Below are positions 8,753 to 16,993 of a DNA stretch of 17,931 nucleotides, one piece after another. The notes under the pieces are model-generated. The model ran no database searches. It saw only the letters and a program-made list of their open reading frames with translations, and had not been told where the DNA came from. The translations under genes and the position numbers were made by a program. The DNA lies in the NCBI GenBank assembly GCA_034669905.1, contig JAXMOL010000083.1, positions 1 through 17,931 on the forward strand. Reading direction: 5' to 3'. The stretch's first letter is position 1; every line of letters starts with the position of its first letter. This DNA is from Candidatus Hydrogenedentota bacterium. GTDB lineage: Bacteria; Hydrogenedentota; Hydrogenedentia; Hydrogenedentales; JAEUWI01.

Positions 8753-9519
8753 GTCCCTCGGGGATCGCCCAGCAGAAAATGACCCGTCACCCGCTTTAGC
8801 GCCACCGAGCTTCGTGGGCCCGGTTTTCCGTCCACCTTCACGGTGACGCCGGGGCACGTATTGAGATAACGTTGGAGTTCTCTTACCCGATCGGGGTCGC
8901 CGTCCCGGTAACCTATGAGGGGCGTGTGCTCCATCCCGTCTTCTACGACTCCCTGCTCCATCAGGCGCCGAAGAAGCGCCACCGCGCCACACTGCTTTGA
9001 CCGGGCGGTATCGGAAAAACGCCCGTCGGCCAGATACTTCCCCCGGTCATAGTGGGTCGTAAAGCTCCAGAGATAGGGCGACAGCACTTCGGGATGATAG
9101 CGGCGGTATCCCCAGCCATTGTAGCGTTCCAATCTATAGAGGGTCCCCGGCACGCTCCAGTCCCGCCACTGGTGAAACTTCTCCATGCGGAGGGCATCCA
9201 GGGCGCTCTCCTTCCAGCTGAAAGGTGGGGAGCCATTCAGCGGACGTCCGGCAGGCACGTGGACGGTCCGTGCCGTGAGGGGATCGCCATTGTGGAGGTG
9301 GCCCTTCATACTCAAGGGAGGAGAGGCTTCCATGGCGTGAATGAGCCCCACCACCTGCCAGGGGATGGCGAGTTCGGCTTCGATGGCATCGTAGTGGATT
9401 CGGTTGGCTTCAATACGCGCAGCAAGTGCTTCCACAGCGGCTTGGTGGCGGGGTCGAATGACGGCGGTATCGAAAAGCTGTTGGTATTCGGCACGAAGTG
9501 CGGCAGTTAGTCGGGACAT
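8731..9519 (-). CDS. Lysozyme-family protein (COG5526-like) with C-terminal peptidoglycan-binding domain
   Basis: IPWQVVGLIHAME, LHNGDPLTARTVHVPAGRP, LERYNGWGY, SPYLWS, GKYLADG, SKQCG; C-terminal VRELQRYLN..VDGKPGP resembles PG_binding_1. AGGAG lies 7 nt before ATG 9519 (alternative ATG at 9525). Confidence 0.85.
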   Translation of the reverse strand: MSRLTAALRAEYQQLFDTAVIRPRHQAAVEALAARIEANRIHYDAIEAELAIPWQVVGLIHAMEASPPLSMKGHLHNGDPLTARTVHVPAGRPLNGSPPFSWKESALDALRMEKFHQWRDWSVPGTLYRLERYNGWGYRRYHPEVLSPYLWSFTTHYDRGKYLADGRFSDTARSKQCGAVALLRRLMEQGVVEDGMEHTPLIGYRDGDPDRVRELQRYLNTCPGVTVKVDGKPGPRSSVALKRVTGHFLLGDPRGTGTAPTT

Positions 9520-9575
9520 TGGCATGCTCCTGAAGTTGGCGGTGACCTCTATTCATCAGGATGGGACATTGCCCT

Positions 9576-10257
9576 GGGGACTGCACCGACGCGATGTAGG
9601 TGTTGGAGCACAGCCGGTGTGTGGGCGGAAAGTGGGGCGTTGTACAGGAAAAGAACATCAGATAGTCGGGGCCTGTGACGTTGGAGTGAGTTCGCGGGAT
9701 AGCCACGGGGTGAATCGGCGTGGGGTAGATTCATGACATCGGTGCAGTCCCCGCTTCGCGACTATCTGGAGTGTGCAAGCTTGCTTGTACCCTTACGTAG
9801 CGAGCTTGCTCGCGTCTTTGCCCCGAATATGTCGGTCCATGCCCTTCGACGGTGCACCGGGTCGAAAACGTCCTTTATGTCCTTTATGTCCTTTAGGTCC
9901 TTTAGGTCCTTTGTCGGAGGGGGACAGCCCCGACTCTTGCGTTGCTGTGTGTGGGGTGTGTTTACGGGATAGCCACGGGGTGAATCGGCGTGGGGTAGAT
10001 TCATGACGTCGGTGCAGTCCCCGCCTCGCGACTATCTGGAGTGTGTAAGCTTGCTTGTACCCTTACGTAGCGAGCTTGCTCGCGTCTTTGACCCGAATAT
10101 GTCGGTCCATGCCCTTCGACGGTGCACCGGGTCGAAAACGTCCTTTAGGTCCTTTATGTCCTTTAGGTCCTTTGTCGGAGGGGGACGGCCCCGACTCGTG
10201 AGCCTGTGACGTTGGAGTGAGTACGTGGGGTAGATTCATGACGTCGGGGCCGTCCCC
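9576..10257. repeat. Mosaic REP-like array with a 270-bp internal tandem duplication and 9-bp microsatellites
   Basis: 15-mers at 9576, 9665 (truncated), 9738, 9920, 10008, 10181 and 10243. CGGGATAGCCACGGGG recurs at 9695 and 9965. GTCCTTTA(T/G) x5 at 9870 and x4 at 10140. Confidence 0.93.
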
Positions 10258-10261
10258 GCGT

Positions 10262-11584
10262 TCACGCGAGCAACGCGAAGCCGCTCACCGAACAATGCCG
10301 AAGACGAACATGCACCTCGCCCGATTGGTGGCAGGTCGCGGGAATCTCAAGCAACGACATGGCTCCCTTTCGCGTGGGGCGGTCGATGGGGGTCCATTTA
10401 CTGCCATCGGGAGAAAGCTCGCTCACTATCGCCTCTTTACCGTCTGGCGTATTCAATACGGCGAGGTGCTGGGCCTTGTCCTGCCCGAGGGCCAGGGGAA
10501 AGCGGTAGACCAGCTCCTTGTTGTAGAACCAGTAGTTCTGGCACCACCGCGCGTTGCTCGAGACGCGGTAGGGCTCGTCCCCTTCACCGACCAGCACCTG
10601 CCAGAGGGTCTCGGTATCTTCAAAGGGGAGACGGAGTGGATTGGGGGTTTGGCGCGGAGGCTCGGGAGCCACGACGTAGCCCTGACCAAGGCGGCGGAAA
10701 ACACGGGTGGCCAGCTTGCCGTCGGCAAATCCGTAGACCCAGTAGCCCGGATGGTCGGTCCCCCAAGCGTTGGGGTTGGCTGTCGTAATGGTGCATTGGG
10801 TGATGATGCCCTGGGGCAACTGAAAGCACTTGTCCTCGTTCTTGTGGTGGTGCCCACCTATCATCCACACGTCCCCATCCACATCCGGCAGGGCCTCGCG
10901 GAAGGCCTGGGTGACCCCCCGCTCGTTGGTGACGCGGCCGAGGGCCGGCTGGTGGCAGACAGTGATCAGGGAACGTTCCGGGTCGAAACGGGCTTCCACC
11001 TCGCTCCGGAACCATCGCCGTTGTTCTTCGTCCAGATAGCCACTGCTGCCGCCGTTGAGGAAAATGAAGGGCACCCCTTTTACATCAAAAGCGTGGTACT
11101 CGGGGCGGTCGGGAAAGACATCGAGGAAGAGCTCGGGGCGATCTTCCCCGGGGTGGGTGTCGTGGTTGCCCAGCGCCAACTTCACGGGAATCTCCGTTTC
11201 GATCCGATCGACATGGGCCTTAATCGCCCGGAATTCCTCCCGCGCCGCTTCCTTTTGCTGGTCGTTGGGTATCTGGCCAAAGGAGAGGGAGGCCTTACAG
11301 ACCAGATCGCCTGCCACCGCAAAGAAGGCGGGGGCCTGCTCCATCTGGCGCACTTCCTCCCACACGCGGGGGAGGATTTCCGCGCCCTCGCCAATGCCAT
11401 AGTGGGTATCGGCGGTCCATAGGGTCGTGAAAGCGTCGGGCGCACTGGGGTCGAAACCGGCCGCCGCGAAGGCTGCCTTCAGCGTGGCGTGGGGGTAGCT
11501 GGAATTCGCCGGAAGGGCATGGGGAAAGGCTGCCATGCCCAGTGCGGTGGCCGCGGTACCCTTAAGAAATGTACGTCGTTTCAT
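10262..11584 (-). CDS. Tat-exported calcineurin-like metallophosphoesterase with C-terminal extension
   Basis: MKRRTFLK twin-arginine signal; ADTH, AGDL, LGNHD, CHQP and GGHHH metal-binding motifs. ATG 14 nt after the upstream gene's stop. Confidence 0.87.
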   Translation of the reverse strand: MKRRTFLKGTAATALGMAAFPHALPANSSYPHATLKAAFAAAGFDPSAPDAFTTLWTADTHYGIGEGAEILPRVWEEVRQMEQAPAFFAVAGDLVCKASLSFGQIPNDQQKEAAREEFRAIKAHVDRIETEIPVKLALGNHDTHPGEDRPELFLDVFPDRPEYHAFDVKGVPFIFLNGGSSGYLDEEQRRWFRSEVEARFDPERSLITVCHQPALGRVTNERGVTQAFREALPDVDGDVWMIGGHHHKNEDKCFQLPQGIITQCTITTANPNAWGTDHPGYWVYGFADGKLATRVFRRLGQGYVVAPEPPRQTPNPLRLPFEDTETLWQVLVGEGDEPYRVSSNARWCQNYWFYNKELVYRFPLALGQDKAQHLAVLNTPDGKEAIVSELSPDGSKWTPIDRPTRKGAMSLLEIPATCHQSGEVHVRLRHCSVSGFALLA

Positions 11585-11597
11585 CGTCTGAATACCT

Positions 11598-12593
11598 TTA
11601 ATTTTCAGGTTGAACCGGGTGGCCCTCCAGCCCGTAACGTGGGCCGGCCTGGAACACCGTCCAGAAAGAAGCAATATGGTGTCCGTCACGAACGACCGGA
11701 GTGAAGTGACCGCTGTAGGCCAGACCTTTCGGCAGTGCGCGTTGGCGACGCTGCGCCGGGTCTGCGGGACGAAAGGGGCCGTCGGGTGAATCGCTGACCA
11801 GGTGGGCGATCGGTGCGCCCGCGACGACGTCGCCGTGCTCGATGATAAAGAGGTGCACCTGGTCGTTTATCCACGCCACACCGGTCAGTTCCTGGGCGCG
11901 GATACCGTCGGGACGTTGGGTTACATCCGCGCCTTGGGACCAGGAAGCCGGGTCCTGGGGGGTGGCGGAATGGGTATGGACGATTCGGTAGCCGGCTTTT
12001 CCCCCTGTGGTCCGGTGGTAGCAGTGCATCCGGTCATCGCCGGGTATGCTGAGGACACCGGGGTCGTCATCTTCTCCCGGGAGATCACTGATGGCGGTGG
12101 CGTTGGTAGACCAGGGCAGTACCTCGGGATCTGCTGCCGACCAGGCCAATCCGATACCCCGCTCCGTAAAGCGCTCCGTTTTTCGTGCGCTGTAGGCGAC
12201 ATATAATCGGCCATCGCGATAGGTCATGGCCGCCGGGCTGGAGGCCCCATGGGCATCGAAACGGCCCTCCCCGCCCTTGGGTACGGCGACGCCCAGATAG
12301 GTCCACGCCTTCAGGTCCGGGCTGCGCCAGAGGTGGATGGAGGTTTCGTAGGTGTTGGGGTGGTGTGGGCTGTCCAGGGGCACGACGTCGGCGGCGAGGT
12401 AGTAGCATTCCCGGGCCGGGTGCCAGGCAATGGCGTGCTCGCGGATGCTCGCGGCGGGCAGGCCGTTCTCGCCGGGCAGCGCCACCTCGTAGGTAGTGTC
12501 CCGGTCATACGTGGGTCCGGCGCCATGGGCGCAAGTGAAGATGCTGATACTTGCGGCGAGTAAAATTGAGAATAGAGGCCAATGTGGGGGCAA
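11598..12593 (-). CDS. Secreted beta-propeller glycoside-hydrolase-like protein (GH43/GH117-type fold)
   Basis: Signal peptide; WRSPDLKAWTYLGVAVPKGGEGRFD..ASSP, LYVAYSA, GIGLAWS, DDDPGV, SDSPDGPF. TTG start with AGGAG upstream; exact family uncertain. Confidence 0.7.
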   Translation of the reverse strand: MPPHWPLFSILLAASISIFTCAHGAGPTYDRDTTYEVALPGENGLPAASIREHAIAWHPARECYYLAADVVPLDSPHHPNTYETSIHLWRSPDLKAWTYLGVAVPKGGEGRFDAHGASSPAAMTYRDGRLYVAYSARKTERFTERGIGLAWSAADPEVLPWSTNATAISDLPGEDDDPGVLSIPGDDRMHCYHRTTGGKAGYRIVHTHSATPQDPASWSQGADVTQRPDGIRAQELTGVAWINDQVHLFIIEHGDVVAGAPIAHLVSDSPDGPFRPADPAQRRQRALPKGLAYSGHFTPVVRDGHHIASFWTVFQAGPRYGLEGHPVQPEN

Positions 12594-12673
12594 AACTTCC
12601 GGCTCCTGAGCGCGTGTGACAAGTTAGGGGGTAGAGAGAACCATAACGGACATGGGGGAGGGGTTCCAAGTCC

Positions 12674-13191
12674 GGGGACGGCACCGACGCCATGTAGATG
12701 AAGGAGCAACGATTTCGAGTGGGCGGAAAGTGAGTTGTCGAAAAGGGAGATAATATCAGCCAGTCGGGGCCGTCCCCCTCTTGTAGGCGAAGTGAAGCCT
12801 GGGAGGGGGACAGCCCCGACTAGTGCGCTTGTGACGCTGGGGTGAGTACGTCGATTAGCCACGGGGTGAAGCCGCGTGGTGCCTATTTATGACGTCGGTG
12901 CAGTCCCCGCGTTTTAGACCATCTGGAGTGTGCAAGCTTGCTTGTACCCTTACGGAGCGAGCTTGCTCGCGTCGTTGGGCCAGAATATGTCGGCCCCTCC
13001 CCTTCGACGGCGCACAGGGTCGAGACCGTCCTTTACGTCCTTTATGTCGTTTAGGTCCTTTGTAGGAGGGGGACGTGAAGCCTGGGAGGGGGACAGCCCC
13101 GACTAGTGCGCTTGTGACGCTGGGGTGAGTACGTCGGTTAGCCACGGGGTTAATCGGCGTGGGGTAGACTCATGACGTCGGTGCAGTCCCC
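12674..13191. repeat. Mosaic REP-like array with a 283-bp-period duplication
   Basis: 15-mers at 12674, 12763, 12806, 12894, 13089 and 13177. Double-hairpin module at 12924-12973; 9-mer repeats at about 13028-13061; 12792-12909 is duplicated at 13075-13192. Confidence 0.93.
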
Positions 13192-13193
13192 GG

Positions 13194-13229
13194 AAACAAA
13201 AAACGGAGGCACCCCACAGGGCACCTCCG
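13194..13229 (-). terminator. Rho-independent terminator
   Basis: Minus strand reads CGGAGGTGCCC-TGTG-GGGTGCCTCCG-TTTTTTGTTT, 20 nt after the stop at 13250. Confidence 0.85.
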
Positions 13230-13249
13230 CTTCGCAGGCATCGTTGTTT

Positions 13250-14692
13250 CTAGCGAAACTGAATGGCGTAGAGCTCGGCATCTTTCATCACAAAGCGCAG
13301 GCGAATCGGGGTGCCCGCCAGGGCGCTGATATCCGTGCTGTCGTTCCAGCGGACGGCCCGGGCAATCTGATTGCCGATGATTTCGAAGCTGGCCTCCGCT
13401 TCGTAACCCGGGATTGCCACGCCATCACCATCGAGGATCTGTACCCGAATGCTACCTGCGGCCGAGGTGGCGTAGTTGAGATAGAGCGACTTTCCCGTGA
13501 AGGTCAGGGTCTTGGTGGTCATCTCGCCACCGGCATAGGGCGCTTCCACGGCTGCAAAACCGTCGGGACGGAGGCTATAGCGGCGAAGGCCGGTGGTCGG
13601 CTGTCCATAGTATTTTTGGATGTAGACCGAAATCTCGCGGTCCCCCGTGGGCACAATGCCCCAGGCCGGGTAGTTAGAGCGGGAGGTCCAATTTTCCAGG
13701 CCGACTTCCGGTTTCAGGAAGCCATCCATAAAGGTCCGGTCATAGGCAAAGCCGCCTCGGCTCGTAATCAGTACATTGTCGGAGCAATCGCCGGAATAGC
13801 GGGGATCGACACCGAGAGCCGTGGCCTCATCTTCGGTAGCCACGCGACGACCGGGCATAAAGCGGGCTGCCAGGCTCACATAAATATGGGGTGCGCGGAA
13901 ATAGGGCAGGGTCTGGTTCGTGTAGAGGTGTTCCCGGGGCGTGTGGCCGAAATCCATTTCCTGCGGCTCGGTCCAGGTGATGAAGTCCTTGGAGGTGGAC
14001 CGGCTCACACTGCGGAAGCCCTTAAAGCCGCCCTGGTGCCAGCTGCGGAAGTAGGCACAATACTGTTGTTCGCTCTCCGACCAGAAGGCCACGTTCTGCG
14101 AATCGAAGGCCCCCTCGGTGATGATGGGTGCTTCATTCATCGTCCAGTGGATGCCGTTTGGACTCGTAAAGGTGTGGAGACCGGTTTTCACGGTCCCCGC
14201 CATGCCCTTGTACTTTTCTTCCGGGGCCACATCTGGACGGGTATCTTTAAAGGCGATGAAGTTGTGGGAGTAGGGGGCCACGTTGGCCAGGATAATATTA
14301 TTCGCCGTGGAGCCTTCGAATTCGTGAATCCCTAACTCGGGTTTGGTCCACGTGATGCCATCTGTGCTCTCCGCATAACAGGTGACTTCATCGACACCGT
14401 CCGCCGTCACCGTGCGCTTGCCCCGGTAATACATCCGGTAAAGACCATCGTCTTCGAAGATGGTGACATAACCACAATAGGGGCCTTCCCAGGGCTTGTC
14501 GAAGTGGATGACCATTTCTTCCAGTGAGGGGGTCTGGAGGCGGTGTACCGTGTTGGCCTGGGTCTCGATGAGGTAGGTGTCGACCAGGGGTTCGAGGCGA
14601 CTGCCGATGGCGAGGGGCTCAGCCGCAAAGGAAGTCGTCGCGCTGAGTGCCAGGAGGGCAACGAGGCTGCCCTTCAAAGAACGAAACATCAT
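13250..14692 (-). CDS. Secreted five-blade beta-propeller glycosidase-like protein with C-terminal beta-sandwich
   Basis: Signal peptide ending SFA; YRMYYRG, YAESTDGITW, SPNGIHW, FDSQN, SKDFITW (Asp-box-like repeats), LRPDGF, IRLRFVMKDAELYAIQF. Confidence 0.75.
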   Translation of the reverse strand: MMFRSLKGSLVALLALSATTSFAAEPLAIGSRLEPLVDTYLIETQANTVHRLQTPSLEEMVIHFDKPWEGPYCGYVTIFEDDGLYRMYYRGKRTVTADGVDEVTCYAESTDGITWTKPELGIHEFEGSTANNIILANVAPYSHNFIAFKDTRPDVAPEEKYKGMAGTVKTGLHTFTSPNGIHWTMNEAPIITEGAFDSQNVAFWSESEQQYCAYFRSWHQGGFKGFRSVSRSTSKDFITWTEPQEMDFGHTPREHLYTNQTLPYFRAPHIYVSLAARFMPGRRVATEDEATALGVDPRYSGDCSDNVLITSRGGFAYDRTFMDGFLKPEVGLENWTSRSNYPAWGIVPTGDREISVYIQKYYGQPTTGLRRYSLRPDGFAAVEAPYAGGEMTTKTLTFTGKSLYLNYATSAAGSIRVQILDGDGVAIPGYEAEASFEIIGNQIARAVRWNDSTDISALAGTPIRLRFVMKDAELYAIQFR

Positions 14693-14935
14693 GGGTAATC
14701 TCCGTGCTGGGGTTGTGTTGTTATAACCAATTATACGAACCCCACCCCCCGATTACAACGCTATCCTACTCCCATTAAAAAAGTGCATCGATTGGCCCAT
14801 TTCGGTATCATAATTCCGTCTGGGGGAACGCGGAAGGGCGGTGCAACCGTTCGACGCTGCTGCTGCGCATCGTCTCCCTACCCCACGCAAGACATTCCCA
14901 ATGTATTGGTAGTAACTATAATTTCAGGAGGTTTC

Positions 14936-15922
14936 ATGAAAAATGTAATTCCCGCGCTGTTGGGCGCGACCCTGCTTTTCGCTGGACCCGTGGCCATGGC
15001 CGATGACATGCCCGCCCCGGCCGATCGGGTGGTGGATTATCACAAAGATATTGCGCCGATTTTTGAAGAACGCTGCATCAAATGCCACGGCGAGAAGAAG
15101 CAGAAATCGGACTATCGTCTGGACAGCCGGAAGGATGCCATCAGCAGCGGTTCCGAAGGCGCGGCCATTACGCCCGGAAACAGTGCCGAGAGCCTGCTGG
15201 TTCGTCTGTTGCTCGGTATCGACGACAACTACGACATCATGCCGCCCAAGGGTGACCCCCTGACGCCGGAACAAATTGGGCTCATTCGCGCCTGGATTGA
15301 TCAGGGTGTGGTATGGGAAGGTTCCGCGGCCGGAACCACCGAGGCCATGGCGGAAAAGAACGACAAGGTCGCTTTCGCCGGTTTGGGCGAATCGTGGTTC
15401 GTGGAAGCCACGGCGCAGAAGGGTCCCCTGGCCACCTGGCAGATCGTGGACGAAAAGGGTCCGGAAGGCGAAACTGCTATTGCCCTCACCAAGCCCAATC
15501 ACACCAATGCCGGCACCTATAACCTGCTTTGGGACACGAAGACCCAGTTCAAGAATGGTGAGATTGCGGTCTCCCTGAAGTCCATTTCGGGTGAAGAAGA
15601 TCAGGGCGGCGGCCTTATCTGGCGCGCGAAAGACAAGAACAACTACTACGTGGCCCGCTTCAATCCGATGGAAAAGAACCTGCGTCTCTATCAGGTGAAG
15701 GATGGCAAGCGCGAAAAAATTGCCAGTGCCGATGTAGAGCGTGCGGCGGACCAGTGGTCCAACCTGGTGGTAAAACAGCAGGACAATGCGGTTTCCGTGA
15801 CGCTGAATGGCCAGACCCTGATCAAGGCCGACGTGGAAACCTTTACGGAAGCTGGTGGCATCGGGCTCTGGACGAAGGCGGACGCCGCCACCATGTTCAC
15901 CCAGCCGAAGGTGTCCATGTAA
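14936..15922 (+). CDS. Secreted planctomycete-type cytochrome c domain fused to a DUF1080-like beta-sandwich
   Basis: AGGAGG RBS; signal peptide; DYHKDIAPIFEERCIKCHG, PGNSAESLL, MPPKGDPL, IRAWIDQG; C-domain DQGGGLIWRAKDKNNYYVARFN, GGIGLWTKADA. Confidence 0.85.
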   Translation: MKNVIPALLGATLLFAGPVAMADDMPAPADRVVDYHKDIAPIFEERCIKCHGEKKQKSDYRLDSRKDAISSGSEGAAITPGNSAESLLVRLLLGIDDNYDIMPPKGDPLTPEQIGLIRAWIDQGVVWEGSAAGTTEAMAEKNDKVAFAGLGESWFVEATAQKGPLATWQIVDEKGPEGETAIALTKPNHTNAGTYNLLWDTKTQFKNGEIAVSLKSISGEEDQGGGLIWRAKDKNNYYVARFNPMEKNLRLYQVKDGKREKIASADVERAADQWSNLVVKQQDNAVSVTLNGQTLIKADVETFTEAGGIGLWTKADAATMFTQPKVSM

Positions 15923-15963
15923 TCGCTTCATGACCCTTCGGGCTTACCCGATACTAAATTAAG

Positions 15964-15998
15964 AAGGCCCCCCGCCCAGGATGGCGGGGGGCCTTTTT
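15964..15998 (+). terminator. Rho-independent terminator between convergent genes, probably bidirectional
   Basis: Perfect 13-bp stem AAGGCCCCCCGCC-CAGGAT-GGCGGGGGGCCTT plus TTT; A-rich on the left side. Confidence 0.9.
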
Positions 15999-16011
15999 CG
16001 ATGTTGATCGT

Positions 16012-16629
16012 CTAGCTGGCGTTTTTTCGTTGAAGGTGCCGTTCGGCTTGCTTCTTGTCATAGTCGGGGTAGATATCCACCTTTTCCTGGAAGGCGACCC
16101 GGAGGGCTTCAAAGTCGGCTTCCACATCCCCCGTGATTTCAACCGGGGTTCCCGTACCGATGGTCTTCGTCTGGTGATTGATGTATCCCGGCACTACGGG
16201 TACCCCCGCTTCCAGGGCCATCCAGTAGAAGCCAAGCTTCCAATGCTTTACCGCTTTGCGGGTGCCTTCGGGGGCAATGAGCAGGGCCAGGTGGTCATGC
16301 GAGGCAAAGACTTCCACGATTTGTTGGACCACGTTGGTGGCGGCGCGGCGGTTAATCGGGATGCCGCCGAGTTTGCGCCAGAGGATGCCCACTGGCCACC
16401 AGAAGGCCGTATCTTTCATCATCCAGGTTGCCGGAATGCGGAGGGCCATGGTGGTGAAAAGCATGTAAAAGAGGTCCATGTTCGTGGTGTGGGGTGCCGC
16501 CACGAGGACATATTTGGGAATGTCGATGGGTTCGCCATCGACCCGCCATCCCATGGCGCGGAGGCAGGTGCGCCCGATGAAGCGCCGGATGGGACCGGAA
16601 CTGGAGCGAATGGTGGTGTTTTGATGCAC
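16012..16629 (-). CDS. 1-acyl-sn-glycerol-3-phosphate acyltransferase family protein (PlsC-like)
   Basis: AAPHTTNMD (HX4D), GGIPINR, IAPEGTR, WKLGFY. GTG at 16629 has GAGGA 9 nt upstream (ORF track start is TTG 16638). Confidence 0.88.
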   Translation of the reverse strand: MHQNTTIRSSSGPIRRFIGRTCLRAMGWRVDGEPIDIPKYVLVAAPHTTNMDLFYMLFTTMALRIPATWMMKDTAFWWPVGILWRKLGGIPINRRAATNVVQQIVEVFASHDHLALLIAPEGTRKAVKHWKLGFYWMALEAGVPVVPGYINHQTKTIGTGTPVEITGDVEADFEALRVAFQEKVDIYPDYDKKQAERHLQRKNAS

Positions 16630-16853
16630 GGGCAGCAATCCTCAAGGGAAGAATCAGGTGTCAGGGAGGCCTGGTAAACGACTGAGTGTTGGTGGCAGGT
16701 GGGCGAAATAGCTCGAAGGGATGACAGGTCTCGGATACCCACATTACCCGAGTCAATCGGCATTATTGTACAGTGAGTCAGACATTCGAGGCAATGCGTG
16801 AGCCAATGAGCCCAGGCCATCGTGTCGTTTTGGTGGCGAGTGTGCCTTGCGTC

Positions 16854-16924
16854 AGGCGGGGACGCCCAAGCCACGAGAGGCGCCTACGGTGGACTCGCCG
16901 TACCTGCGGTGATGGCGAGTCTAC
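16854..16924. repeat. Two isolated GTGG/GTAG-tagged palindromes (REP-like)
   Basis: GTGGACTCGCC..GGCGAGTCTAC stem at 16889-16924 (the minus strand starts GTAG); minus-strand GTGGCTT-GGGCG-TCCC-CGCCT at about 16854-16875. Each is single-copy in the window. Confidence 0.5.
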
Positions 16925-16993
16925 GGGAGAATCGAATCGCGGGATGCCCATTGCGACAGCGGGACAGCGTACCAACGCGAGGAGCGCATCATC

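Noticed and set aside
9549..10209. Short ORFs in repeats (MTSVQSP..., MNLPHADSP..., KDLKDIKD; also 275-568, 8501-8846, 12311-13145)
   Set aside because: These are translations of the repeat modules in several frames, with no recognisable domain or consistent RBS.
8477..13191. Integron cassette array with attC sites
   Set aside because: No RYYYAAC/GTTRRRY cores at element ends, no integrase, and the same repeat follows a housekeeping operon.
10217..14335. Long antisense ORFs (10217-11422, 13172-14335; likewise 671-1432, 3036-3968, 7576-8607, 14924-15931)
   Set aside because: Shadow ORFs opposite well-supported genes, as expected from high-GC codon bias.
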